Positions 29,369-39,014 of a stretch of DNA of 64,000 bases are shown here, piece after piece (position 1 is the stretch's first letter; every line of letters starts with the position of its first letter). The stretch comes from a virus, in IMG/VR virus record IMGVR_UViG_3300048597_000133, positions 1 through 64,000 of that record. One strand, 5' to 3'. The position numbers and the translations under genes were made by a program. Under the pieces are notes generated by a model. The model made no database searches. It had not been told where the DNA came from and saw only the letters and a list, made by a program, of their open reading frames with translations.

Positions 29369-30400
29369 TCAGTAGCTCAGACTCTCTATTATTTTAGCGA
29401 ATGCCTGCCTAGCTTTTACACTGGGTTTAAAGTTCCAATATGGTGCTTTAGCCTTAAACCCAGTAGTCTGATAAAACCCTTCATATCCAGGCTCAGCGTA
29501 AACATGATTACAGGACCAAACCCATAAGGCAAATCTAGATAACATGAGTGGCGCCAAAGTAAGATTGTCCCGCATCTGGTCTAAGAAAGGTTCTAGGTAT
29601 AAGGCTAACCCCCAGGCCCGCCCAGTCTTTAATGCGATAGGGATAGCCTGCCCTTCTTTATTGCCGTCTACGTAGACAAGAAACCATTTGAAGTAGTTAT
29701 GGCACTCAGGGAAGTGGTACCACTGATTAACCCCGTCTTCAGTAGGTAAAGATTCAAAGAGTCGTATTACTGCAGCTGTTTCCTTGTCATACGGCTGGTG
29801 TTCTTCTGTGGCATTATTCCACTGCTGCGCCAAATAGGGCAAATAAAACCTGTTATCCTCTTGTAATAACACAGCGTGCTCTAAAGCAGTCATTGGGAAT
29901 TTATTAAGCCACTCTGTTTCTCCAGGTACTCCGAGCAAACCGACTTCAAAATCTACAGTTCTGAGGTCTAGTAACTTAAAACAGCCCCCCTCTAAAGACT
30001 TAGCCTTAGCCAAGGCACTTTTATCTATCTCTCCTGTTATAGGGTCAGCTAATACAACAAAGATAAATTTACTGCGCGGCACTACTACCGTCTGATCATT
30101 AGGGATTAACTCCTCAGTGCTAGTAGGTTTTAAGGTGCCATAGGTTTTAGGTCCATTTCTTATACGTCCCGTGCCTTCTAGCCTTGGATAAAAAATAACA
30201 TCGGCACTAGGTCCGTATAAAGGAGTTGGGATAAGTAGCCGGCGGAATTGTTGGACTGTAGGGTTGTAGTGTCTTTGAGTGTGCTTTACTAATCCGCCAC
30301 TCAACCTAGTAACTTGTTGACCTGTGCCTATGGTTAGGTATATGTTGCCAGGCTCTAACTGGTTTCGAATTGTTCTAAAACTGATCTTGGTCTTCATCAC
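29369..30400 (-). CDS. Hypothetical protein next to the clamp loader (possible accessory subunit)
   Basis: 343 aa, overlaps the dnaX-like gene; no clear motif. Confidence 0.4.
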   Translation of the reverse strand: MMKTKISFRTIRNQLEPGNIYLTIGTGQQVTRLSGGLVKHTQRHYNPTVQQFRRLLIPTPLYGPSADVIFYPRLEGTGRIRNGPKTYGTLKPTSTEELIPNDQTVVVPRSKFIFVVLADPITGEIDKSALAKAKSLEGGCFKLLDLRTVDFEVGLLGVPGETEWLNKFPMTALEHAVLLQEDNRFYLPYLAQQWNNATEEHQPYDKETAAVIRLFESLPTEDGVNQWYHFPECHNYFKWFLVYVDGNKEGQAIPIALKTGRAWGLALYLEPFLDQMRDNLTLAPLMLSRFALWVWSCNHVYAEPGYEGFYQTTGFKAKAPYWNFKPSVKARQAFAKIIESLSY

Positions 30401-31520
30401 CGGTAGGTATGCCTAAGTCTAAGTGATTAAACATAGCTAGATAATCATTGAGGATGATTGACCTTGAGTGTTGGACAAACCGCATAAGATAATCTATAGC
30501 TAATAACTGGTCATCAATGTTTCCTGCTCGACGCTTGATGGCACGTTGAATGTCACCAATCAAGTCTAGACCCAGCTGTTTAAAGTTAGCCGGGTCATAG
30601 ACTTTTGCTAGTTTAGTCAGACACTGGTCGACCTCATACCATTTACCAAGTCTGACTGATTCCCATAGTGGTAATCGGTCTGAGGGGTCGGTATAACTGA
30701 GGAAATACTTTACGGTTCCTGGACGAAGATATTCACAACCAAGGTCATAGGGAGCTACTAACCCATAATGAGCTATTGCCTGGCGTAGGGAGTAACCGGA
30801 CCTTAATGCTATGATTTTCGCCTCAGCTGGCCCGACTTTTGGGTAACCGAGCGGCGCTGCTTCAGATACCCTAGATACTAAATATTCTTCTATCTCTTCG
30901 GGAAGAAGACCCTTCAAATTTATAGTTATTCCTCGACTAGCCAAAGCAGTCCGGTTTTGTTCTCCTAATTCCTCTTCGGACATCGTGATAAAGAAGAATA
31001 AGGTATACGCTGGCGACGCCTCTGCCTGTAGCAAAACGTCCTGTCTTAATCCTTTGTCGACTCGCTGCCACTCATCAAAAATGATAAATCTATAGGCCTT
31101 ACGACTATTAAGAATTGTCGGTGGCACTTTGGTTAATTGCAGCGCTTCTTTAACCTGGGCGTTTATCGTAGTAGAGTCTCCCTTGCCATGTTGGACGAGC
31201 TTGATATTGTTGTAGTTAGAGGCTGTATCTCTAAAATCTACTTGCATCTTACAAGTTTGGCATTTACCACACGGGTCTACTTTTTCATATGTGACGCCGT
31301 CCAGTGTATAGTCTTTAGGGTCCTCACACATGTAAGAACGGATCATTAAATTGACCAAGGCTGTTTTGCCTGTGCCGGTGTAACCAGCCACGTAGAAACT
31401 ATTGGGGGTCAGTTTTGAGTTGTTAGTTATGCAACGTAGAAGGTAATGGACGATTCGTTTATGCCCATAGTAATTTCCCCAGCGCATAGGCGCCAGGTAT
31501 CTAGGTAAATTAATGCTCAC
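30375..31520 (-). CDS. dnaX: DnaX-like clamp-loader AAA+ subunit
   Basis: P..W..YYGH, GYTGTGKT, C..PCGKCQTC Zn module, IIFDE, ALASR, SLRQA. Confidence 0.8.
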   Translation of the reverse strand: MSINLPRYLAPMRWGNYYGHKRIVHYLLRCITNNSKLTPNSFYVAGYTGTGKTALVNLMIRSYMCEDPKDYTLDGVTYEKVDPCGKCQTCKMQVDFRDTASNYNNIKLVQHGKGDSTTINAQVKEALQLTKVPPTILNSRKAYRFIIFDEWQRVDKGLRQDVLLQAEASPAYTLFFFITMSEEELGEQNRTALASRGITINLKGLLPEEIEEYLVSRVSEAAPLGYPKVGPAEAKIIALRSGYSLRQAIAHYGLVAPYDLGCEYLRPGTVKYFLSYTDPSDRLPLWESVRLGKWYEVDQCLTKLAKVYDPANFKQLGLDLIGDIQRAIKRRAGNIDDQLLAIDYLMRFVQHSRSIILNDYLAMFNHLDLGIPTGDEDQDQF

Positions 31521-31526
31521 GCTAGC

Positions 31527-31877
31527 TTAGCCTCTAAAGAATTTATGTGGTTTCTTAGTTATTGGGACACCTTTAAACAGTTCTTTTAAGGGGGTCCGAA
31601 ACTTAGCTGAACAAGTAAGGTCCAGCTTTGCTTGTGATTGAGACCAATAGATTACGCCTTTAATGTCCTTTTTACAAAACAGTAACCCGGCGTCGAGCCG
31701 AGCCTGTAGATATTGTTCAACGCTGGCTATTCTCTTTTTATAGAGGACTTCATTAACAATATCTTTTTTAGGATAAGTAGCCACCACAATATCAGTTACT
31801 GTGCGGGCTACTTCAGAATCAGATAAATACTGCTCGACCTTAATTCGATATGGAGGAGTTACTGGAGGCTGCGGCAT
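31527..31877 (-). CDS. Hypothetical protein
   Basis: Operon ORF. Confidence 0.5.
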   Translation of the reverse strand: MPQPPVTPPYRIKVEQYLSDSEVARTVTDIVVATYPKKDIVNEVLYKKRIASVEQYLQARLDAGLLFCKKDIKGVIYWSQSQAKLDLTCSAKFRTPLKELFKGVPITKKPHKFFRG

Positions 31878-32049
31878 TTTTCTCTGCTATTAGCTTGGTG
31901 ACCTCTTTTAATATACGTGTGCCAGCCCACCGATGGTTAGCTAACATCTCTAATTCGCCTACAGATAACTGGTTGAGATGATATTGGAGTTCATCTTCGG
32001 CGTAATAATTTAATCTATTAAGCGTTCTTAATGGGTCAAAGGGTCTCAT
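31840..32049 (-). CDS. Hypothetical protein
   Basis: Operon ORF. Confidence 0.45.
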   Translation of the reverse strand: MRPFDPLRTLNRLNYYAEDELQYHLNQLSVGELEMLANHRWAGTRILKEVTKLIAEKNAAASSNSSISN

Positions 32050-32144
32050 ATCTACATGAATGAAAAATAAAGAGGCAGCCTATATAACCAGACTACCTCT
32101 TTATCTAAAATCTTGGACTCTTCTCACAGCTTAAAGAAACTGGG

Positions 32145-32417
32145 CTAATTAACCCGTTCTTTAAACTCTTTGCCGACAGTAAACACTACGACATTACGTG
32201 CAGGGATAGTCAAGGTCTCTCCTGTTTTAGGATTGCGACCTTGTCGTTCTGCCCGACTTTTTAGCTTCCAGCTACCAAAACCAGGGACAACAACCGCTTC
32301 TTGACCCTCAACAGCATCAATGATGAGATTGAATAGGGTATTGACACAGTTGCCTGCTTCTAATTTAGTAAGTCCGGTCTCGTTAGCTAATTTGTTAACT
32401 AGGTCAGTCTTAGTCAT
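32145..32417 (-). CDS. hup: HU family DNA-binding protein
   Basis: MTKTDLV..GFGSW..RAERQGRNPKTGETLTIPA..F..GKEFKERVN. Confidence 0.95.
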   Translation of the reverse strand: MTKTDLVNKLANETGLTKLEAGNCVNTLFNLIIDAVEGQEAVVVPGFGSWKLKSRAERQGRNPKTGETLTIPARNVVVFTVGKEFKERVN

Positions 32418-32464
32418 GTCTAATTTGGTTCAGTGTATATCTGACGGGCATTTTAGCACGAATG

Positions 32465-32908
32465 TTAGTCAGCCATACGTTTGAGGTCGTCGGCGTACTG
32501 ACGTTGATAGGTAACGAAGTAAATGCCGGGGTCTAGTAGTTGGTCACCATGCTCAGGGTGAGTCACCAAAGTTTCTACTTCGTTGACCCAAATAGGACCT
32601 TGAAGAGGATTGGCATTAGACCGCACATAGAACTTAGCATTCTGAACGCTTTCTGAGTCCAAGCAGTGGCGGGAACCACGGGTATTACCAGGAGCTAACT
32701 GGTATACAGGGCTGGTCTCGCTGATATCACCTAGGTCAGAAAGAGATTCTACTTTCCAAATATTGATGTCACCTTGGGCGCTAAAGCGGTCATTGTCGAT
32801 TAATACTGGACGGGCAGCAGAGTCGTTGGCGTTCTCTTGACCGTGACGGATGATTTGTTGGATTACTTCGGCAGCGGTCATGTTGGTGGTAACGGTGGAA
32901 TTACTCAT
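32465..32908 (-). CDS. Phage protein with QGD..H..HPEH motif
   Basis: AQGDI, GNTRGSRH, THPEH..L.PG.Y.V..QR.Y. Confidence 0.65.
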   Translation of the reverse strand: MSNSTVTTNMTAAEVIQQIIRHGQENANDSAARPVLIDNDRFSAQGDINIWKVESLSDLGDISETSPVYQLAPGNTRGSRHCLDSESVQNAKFYVRSNANPLQGPIWVNEVETLVTHPEHGDQLLDPGIYFVTYQRQYADDLKRMAD

Positions 32909-32916
32909 ATGTTAGA

Positions 32917-32949
32917 GATAATGGGTTGATAATGGGTTGATAATGGGTT
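32917..32949. repeat. Three tandem copies of gataatgggtt
   Basis: Direct reading; just upstream of the 32908 start. Confidence 0.9.
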
Positions 32950-32978
32950 GGTTGGTCAGGCGTGTCAGGCACAACTAA

Positions 32979-33436
32979 CTAATTATAATCATGTTGACCG
33001 GTGATTTCGCAGAGTGTTACATCTATTGACGCTGCAACCATGTCTGAGATGATTAACTGTGTTGGGCCTCCTTGATAGGTAAGAGCAGCATAAGCAAGGA
33101 CTAAGACTTTACAACAACCGTCAATAATAGGGTTGAAGTATATAATCTTAGACTCTCTTACGGAGACCATATTCCTCGTATCTAGTTTGTGAATGGCAGC
33201 TTTACTAATCATTAGTGGAAGGACTGCTTAAGCCCTAATTCTACGGCGATAACTGTGGATGAGTAAAACATATCAGTACCGCCGAAATAAGTGACTCGTT
33301 CAGGACCTCTAATGTTTTGCTGCAAAGCACTCAGTTTGGTATTCACCGAACTAGTTAGGTCCCGGCAATAAATTACTAGACGACGTTGTAAATCCGTCTG
33401 CTCGGTTATCTTATCTACCGTAGCTCTAGTAACCAT
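32979..33436 (-). CDS. Two small ORFs of M-[LIV]-x-K/R type (33212-33436 MVTR; 32979-33212 MISK)
   Basis: 74 and 77 aa, coupled stop/start. Confidence 0.5.
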
Positions 33437-33501
33437 ACCCGAACCTTCCTGTTTTGGTGCTTGTAGTCTTCTTTTTACTTATCGGGAATTTAGCCATACC
33501 C

Positions 33502-35214
33502 TTAAGACCCTAGTAAACGCCTTACTGCTTCGGCAGGGCTAAGGTCGCCGCCATTATTATCTGGGTCTCCATCTAAGTCATCTAAGTCAAAATCCATTAA
33601 TAACTTAGAGCCCCGGATTTTCTCTACGGCTAAAGCAACTTGGTGCGTGTCTATCAACCCATTAGTGTAAATGTAATGGGTATTGACTTCTTTATTTGGG
33701 TTACCAGGTCTAACAGCCCGTTTAAGGCTCTGCAAAATAGATAGGCTAGACCAACCACAGCAGTAATAAATAACGTCTGAGGCTGCTGTCAAGTCAATTG
33801 ATTGGGAAGCCAGGTTTAAGGAAAAGACTCCAGCTTTAATATTGGGGTCGTATTGAAACTTGGTGCGCCTGTCTACTTGTTGTTCTTGACTAAGACTAGT
33901 GGGAGTAGCTAATGGGTCTGTAGCATATAACCTAGTTATTGAGTCAGTCCCTAAGTACTCAGTAAGGTAGTCAGTGACTAGTCTGGCAGAGGCTACATAA
34001 TGACAGAAAATCACTACTTTACCTACGGCCTGCTCAACTAACTTACGGACCTTAATGATTTTATTAGAGTCTTTGGCTCCGTTAGCTACTTGAATTAGAG
34101 GCACGATCAGGCGTAAAGTCTGGGCGTTAGGTCCATTCTTATGGGTAGCTAACGTGAGTTGATGCCGGTGGGCGGTCAAATATGCCTTATGCAGTTCTAA
34201 TTGGTCTGGGGTAGCTTCTACTGGGTGCATATGGACAATAGAGTCCGGCACTGTAATACAAGACTTAACCTGTGGGTCGTCTACTCTCACACGATAAACA
34301 TAGCGACGCATCAAATCGTAGTATTCCGGCGCCTTAGTAGTATCTAAGGCTTTTAACCACCGTTCAGGACCATTGAGTGTATTAGCCTGTCCTGTGTAAT
34401 TGGTTCTGAGTTTTTGCTTAGTGCTGAAGTGTTGGATGAAAACATTACGGTCCTTATACGGGAACTCACCTCTATATATGAGGTCCGCACATACCGTATA
34501 GATATGATTTATTTCTGTAAGGGTGCCAGTTAATCCTATGCGTCGTTTAGCACTACGCCCTACTAGAGATAATTGCTTGGTCCTGCTAGAGCCAGCTTGA
34601 CAGTTATGAATCTCGTCTATAACCAAACAGTTGGGTTTACAGTGGCGACGAATCCATCTGCTTACAGTGGCTCGCTTACCTGTATAAGCCCTACATCTAT
34701 TTTTAGGGAAGTCGTGATTGTATATTAATACTGGGGCTGTGGATTGTCGTAGCTGTTTATCGGTACGAATCACTTCGTACTCAATTGGGTGTGGGAGTAA
34801 CTTATTAAGGCGGTCTAGGTCTTCTGTCCAACGACCGGCACTTAATAGATTAGGCACGGTAATCTGAATAGCCCCTCGGCGTCGGCCGACCATAGGATAA
34901 TACACGGAGTATAAAGCCAACAGAGTTATAGTCGTTTTGCCTAAACCTAGTCCGTGGGTCAACACATGATTAGGTCTGGTACAGAGGATGGCAGCATCAT
35001 TTACTTGATATGGTCGGAATTCTAGGTTTGTGTTCTGCTTGACTAACTCAGAATACAACTCATTTATACGTTGTCTGTGTTGACTATAAGAGTCTAGCTC
35101 TGTCAGAAGGTCTTCTTCTAACAATTCGAAGTTTTCTAGCTGCACGTAATCAGTCAATACCACCTTATCTTCTGTGCTAGGAGGTGAATTACTTTGAGTA
35201 TAGGTAAAGGACAC
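33502..35214 (-). CDS. SNF2-like helicase/ATPase
   Basis: RPYQ, GLGLGKT, DEIH, LTGT, KVVIF, SIDLT, QSLKRAVRPG. Confidence 0.85.
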   Translation of the reverse strand: MSFTYTQSNSPPSTEDKVVLTDYVQLENFELLEEDLLTELDSYSQHRQRINELYSELVKQNTNLEFRPYQVNDAAILCTRPNHVLTHGLGLGKTTITLLALYSVYYPMVGRRRGAIQITVPNLLSAGRWTEDLDRLNKLLPHPIEYEVIRTDKQLRQSTAPVLIYNHDFPKNRCRAYTGKRATVSRWIRRHCKPNCLVIDEIHNCQAGSSRTKQLSLVGRSAKRRIGLTGTLTEINHIYTVCADLIYRGEFPYKDRNVFIQHFSTKQKLRTNYTGQANTLNGPERWLKALDTTKAPEYYDLMRRYVYRVRVDDPQVKSCITVPDSIVHMHPVEATPDQLELHKAYLTAHRHQLTLATHKNGPNAQTLRLIVPLIQVANGAKDSNKIIKVRKLVEQAVGKVVIFCHYVASARLVTDYLTEYLGTDSITRLYATDPLATPTSLSQEQQVDRRTKFQYDPNIKAGVFSLNLASQSIDLTAASDVIYYCCGWSSLSILQSLKRAVRPGNPNKEVNTHYIYTNGLIDTHQVALAVEKIRGSKLLMDFDLDDLDGDPDNNGGDLSPAEAVRRLLGS

Positions 35215-35223
35215 GATAAGTAG

Positions 35224-36063
35224 TTATAGATATGGTTTTAGCATTAATAGGTCTTGGTGAAATGACCAAGAAGGACTACCAGGTAGGTAAGGGGTCAGCC
35301 ATTGGTTACTGGTGACCACGTTGTTGCCTTTTTTGTATTTGGTGGTGGATTCTATGCGTGGCTCACATCTTGCGGGACGGGCTGGATTTAAGGTAAAAAC
35401 CGTCGGATGTCTGCCTAATTTCAGGTCAGACCGCCGACGGCAATCATTCAAGCCCATTCCATCCAACACCTTGGGGTATAACAACCGTAAACCTCTAAAG
35501 GCTAACGATCCGCACACCAACATTGGAACAGTAGATGGTAGTGTCTCTAACTCTAGCTTTAGCCACGACAAAACACAAGGCTTCACATGTGTATGCAATA
35601 AGGGCTTACGCGCCCCTGGGTCGCACTTTAAAACATTAGTAACCCAACAATCATCGTAAGTATTCAAACCATATATCTGATTTAGTTTGTACCTGATATA
35701 GCCGCCGGCATTGTACGGTCTCAACAACCCGCTTTTAAGTCGGTCACCGTTTTCCCCTCTACGGGTGTCCCAAAAAGGCTCACCATTAGCTGCTTCCCAA
35801 TGTCCGCTAAAATCACTGATTACTATCAGCTTCACGTCGTTGACATCATCAGGACCAGCTCCTGGCGCTACTAAACTCAATGGCTCTGTACGGCGTGAAC
35901 CATCATTAGCCATATTGGCTTCAGTAGCCTTCTTGTTTCTGGCTTCACGTACCTTACCTAAAGGACAAATTGTACATTTAGTATCACAACGAATAATAGG
36001 GTGGTCTCCGGCTAAGTATCTAGTTGGAGGCTGATTTGGTAATTGAGGCTCTAGTGCTTGCAT
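35224..36063 (-). CDS. Uracil-DNA glycosylase family 4-like protein, divergent active site
   Basis: CTICPL, GAGP, ISDFSG..E..GEPF, AG, TNVLKC.P, C..WL..E, TLNPA. Confidence 0.7.
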   Translation of the reverse strand: MQALEPQLPNQPPTRYLAGDHPIIRCDTKCTICPLGKVREARNKKATEANMANDGSRRTEPLSLVAPGAGPDDVNDVKLIVISDFSGHWEAANGEPFWDTRRGENGDRLKSGLLRPYNAGGYIRYKLNQIYGLNTYDDCWVTNVLKCDPGARKPLLHTHVKPCVLSWLKLELETLPSTVPMLVCGSLAFRGLRLLYPKVLDGMGLNDCRRRSDLKLGRHPTVFTLNPARPARCEPRIESTTKYKKGNNVVTSNQWLTPYLPGSPSWSFHQDLLMLKPYL

Positions 36064-36976
36064 AATTCCTATTAAAGAAACTGGGGTCGTCAGTTTTGAT
36101 AATCACCGCGTGGTGATGTCCTTTAGGTCTCCAAAGTTCCACCAACTCATTAATATTAGGAGCTTCTCCATTAGGGCTATTCCTCAAGGACCAGACGTTA
36201 TTGCTACTCTTAAGCGCCACAAAGGGAGCCTTTGGGTACATATGATATAACTCTTTAGCAATGTCGCTGATAAGTGGACGCTCATTATTTCTGAGCATCA
36301 CATATGGAATGTTATTTATACCAGCTACCTGACCAAGTTTATGCCTTTTGACTACTCTGCCTATAGACTGCTGGAAAGGTCCATTAATCTTCGCTCCTAG
36401 GGGGCACATATAATCTAAGAGCTCTTCTTTAGACATAGCTGCCAACTTTTCATATAGCTCAAAGGACCGTCCCGTTAAACCATAAGCAGCGTGGACTAGG
36501 ATAGTCTGCTCTAATCTATTGAGCATAAGGTCCCGGTCACTAATATATTTAAGAAACTCGGGTACAGGCTCGTCAGGAAAATAATGTTGCCAGCAAGTAA
36601 TAGCGGCAGACTGCTCAAAGTTGACTACTAGAGTAAGATTGGGATTATCTAATTCAGCGTCTAGTAAGTCTTTAGCCGCCAAATGGTGGTCAATCATAGT
36701 AACCTTGTGCCCTTGCTTAAGCCAACGCTTTAGGGTTTTAGCCGGGTAATGGTAGTCAACTATGTATATGTTTTTGGGGTTGTCGCCAAAGTATAGTTTA
36801 TTGTTTTCATACTGGTGGCTACGCCCAACCATTTTTATACTGGTTATGTTTTGTTGTCTTAGCCAACGGTCAACCACCCAAGCGGCGGCATAACCGTCTG
36901 GGCAGATTTGGCTGGTATTTACCATGTGGTAAATGATGTAATTATTCGGCATCGTCGTTAATGACCTCCAGCACAA
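36020..36976 (-). CDS. DHH-family phosphoesterase
   Basis: YH..CPDG..AAW, IVDY, IDHH, DRDL, SLR. Confidence 0.85.
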   Translation of the reverse strand: MCWRSLTTMPNNYIIYHMVNTSQICPDGYAAAWVVDRWLRQQNITSIKMVGRSHQYENNKLYFGDNPKNIYIVDYHYPAKTLKRWLKQGHKVTMIDHHLAAKDLLDAELDNPNLTLVVNFEQSAAITCWQHYFPDEPVPEFLKYISDRDLMLNRLEQTILVHAAYGLTGRSFELYEKLAAMSKEELLDYMCPLGAKINGPFQQSIGRVVKRHKLGQVAGINNIPYVMLRNNERPLISDIAKELYHMYPKAPFVALKSSNNVWSLRNSPNGEAPNINELVELWRPKGHHHAVIIKTDDPSFFNRNYASTRASITKSASN

Positions 36977-37175
36977 TGCGCGGAGGCTCTCCTTGAATTG
37001 GTGATCTAGTTACATGGTCAACTTTATAAATTGTAGGGGGTGTATCTGGGTCATCTAAGTGTTCATCTATTAATACTTGTCCCCGTCGAAGTACCCACTG
37101 GCGCCGGCGCCAACTCATAAAATGCGGGTACTTCAACTTACTTTTGGGGTCTACCGCTTTGTTACGTCTTGACAT
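36942..37175 (-). CDS. Hypothetical protein
   Basis: Operon ORF. Confidence 0.5.
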   Translation of the reverse strand: MSRRNKAVDPKSKLKYPHFMSWRRRQWVLRRGQVLIDEHLDDPDTPPTIYKVDHVTRSPIQGEPPRIVLEVINDDAE

Positions 37176-37195
37176 ACGTCTCCTTGAAGTTAAGC

Positions 37196-38611
37196 TTAGT
37201 CTGCTATTTGGTCTAAAGATACTTCAGTAGAACAACTAAGACATATGGAGAAGTCTTCAGAGTAGGGCACTGAATCTACAAACATAGTCCATAGCTCTTG
37301 CTCTTCTGAGTAAGACTGAGTCAGACACATTAAATGGTCGTTGTCTGTATTGTCTACTCCTCCGTTTAAATCATTATCAGTCCAAAGCATCAAGTCATCT
37401 GGGTCTTCTGGTAGCTCACTGCCCGCATCTTCATATAACTCATCCTCTGTTAACAGCTGACAAAATTTGTAGGTGGCTATAAGTGCACACATAAGATAGC
37501 TATGGTTGATGATTAAAGACCTCCAAGGGGTCTCTTCGCCTGTTAATTCGGCAAACAGAGCAAAGGACTTATCTTTCTCCATCAAGTCTGAAGACTTCGT
37601 TAATTCTAGATGGCTTTCAAGGCAGCGTAGTCTGACTCCTTCTGACTCGTTAGCCGAGCGCTTTTTCTGAATATTGGTTTTATGGATGAGTTGCTTGGCG
37701 GCGAATATCCGGCTACTCATATTAGTCAGCGGCATGTTGTTATTAAGGATAACAGGAGCATATTCACTGACAGCTCGACTTAAATATGCTTCGGTGGTGG
37801 GCAACAATAGCCAATCTTTACCAGACCATACTTGGACGTGCTTTTGGTCAGAAGTGATTCTAAAATTAAGGTCCCCATTAACCTGTAAATTAAGTATTCT
37901 TACTAGATGTCTGGCCGGGACACCAAAGCTTATCTTGTCTAATCCTTCGATGGTGCACTGGGCGTCTATACCTACTTTGATTAGGCTAATGCCGGTATCC
38001 GCGCCGCTATACTCAGAACCAAATACCTGTAATTTGCCTAAATCTTTGTTGTAGTAAAACCAGACGGACCGGTGACTTGTGTCATTAGCGTATTTGCTAA
38101 AGGTATTTAATATGGCAACCCGCCTCCGAAATGGAATTAAGTCTGGGATGTTAATGCATCCAGAGAGCCAGTCTGTAAAAGCAGGAGGCCGGAACTCATC
38201 AAAACTTCCCGTATATATGGGACTGGTAATGTGGTCTACCATTTCCGGGTCAGCACTGAGACTACAATCCGTAAGGCATTGAACCTCTATTTCATTACGT
38301 TTGGTGGCTCGTATCCTCATTGGATTACTAACCCATGGCTCTTCTTTTAATTGTTTAATATCAGAGCCGTCAATCAGGAACTGAGATTCGCCCACTATAC
38401 CGGAGCTGGGGATTACCTTAGACCCCCAAGTAGACCGCTTTAATAAGGCAGTCAGTCGACAATGAGACTCATCTATCTGGGCTAGTCTCATATAACGCAA
38501 GGCAGAGCCAGCGGGGCTGGCCTCTTCGTCTAAGTCCAGCAAAAATTTAACTGCCTGGACTAATTGAGCACCAGTGGCAAAGTCCAGGTAGTTCAGGTTA
38601 TTATTTTTCAT
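37196..38611 (-). CDS. Probable DnaN-like sliding clamp (divergent)
   Basis: DTSHRSVWF..LQVFGSE..VPARHL and IINHSYLMCAL resemble the beta-clamp patterns R..L.GV.F..L..VATD..IP.K.L and FN..YL.DAL; dnaX-like gene nearby. Confidence 0.5.
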   Translation of the reverse strand: MKNNNLNYLDFATGAQLVQAVKFLLDLDEEASPAGSALRYMRLAQIDESHCRLTALLKRSTWGSKVIPSSGIVGESQFLIDGSDIKQLKEEPWVSNPMRIRATKRNEIEVQCLTDCSLSADPEMVDHITSPIYTGSFDEFRPPAFTDWLSGCINIPDLIPFRRRVAILNTFSKYANDTSHRSVWFYYNKDLGKLQVFGSEYSGADTGISLIKVGIDAQCTIEGLDKISFGVPARHLVRILNLQVNGDLNFRITSDQKHVQVWSGKDWLLLPTTEAYLSRAVSEYAPVILNNNMPLTNMSSRIFAAKQLIHKTNIQKKRSANESEGVRLRCLESHLELTKSSDLMEKDKSFALFAELTGEETPWRSLIINHSYLMCALIATYKFCQLLTEDELYEDAGSELPEDPDDLMLWTDNDLNGGVDNTDNDHLMCLTQSYSEEQELWTMFVDSVPYSEDFSICLSCSTEVSLDQIAD

Positions 38612-38669
38612 TTGTTATAGGAACGATTAGGGCGGGGCGGGCAGAGCCCCATTGATAATATCTGTTAGT

Positions 38670-39014
38670 CTACTTTTTAGTGAGCAGACCTTCAGCTTTA
38701 TCTAACCAAACACCTAAAGAGAATTCAGAGAGCACCGCTTGTTTTAGGTCTTCCCTCAGTTTGCTGTCTTCTAACTCTTCTGGCAGAATGGCGTCGTCTA
38801 CAAAATTAAAAGCTTCTGCTAACTGACCATCTAGTTTATCTAGAGTCTGTTGTAGATACTTATCTTTGACATATGAGTAGGATTTACGCCCTAGGCTAGC
38901 AGCTAGAGGTTCTACTACGGACTTAGATGCAATGGTAAGAAAGAAGCCCAGGCCGACGCCTAAGACTAAATCAATAGCATGCGCGATGAAGTTAATCACA
39001 GCCAGTCTCTCCAA
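38670..39014 (-). CDS. Membrane protein downstream of lysin (holin candidate)
   Basis: N-terminal TM segment; overlaps the lysin stop. Confidence 0.45.
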   Translation of the reverse strand: MERLAVINFIAHAIDLVLGVGLGFFLTIASKSVVEPLAASLGRKSYSYVKDKYLQQTLDKLDGQLAEAFNFVDDAILPEELEDSKLREDLKQAVLSEFSLGVWLDKAEGLLTKK

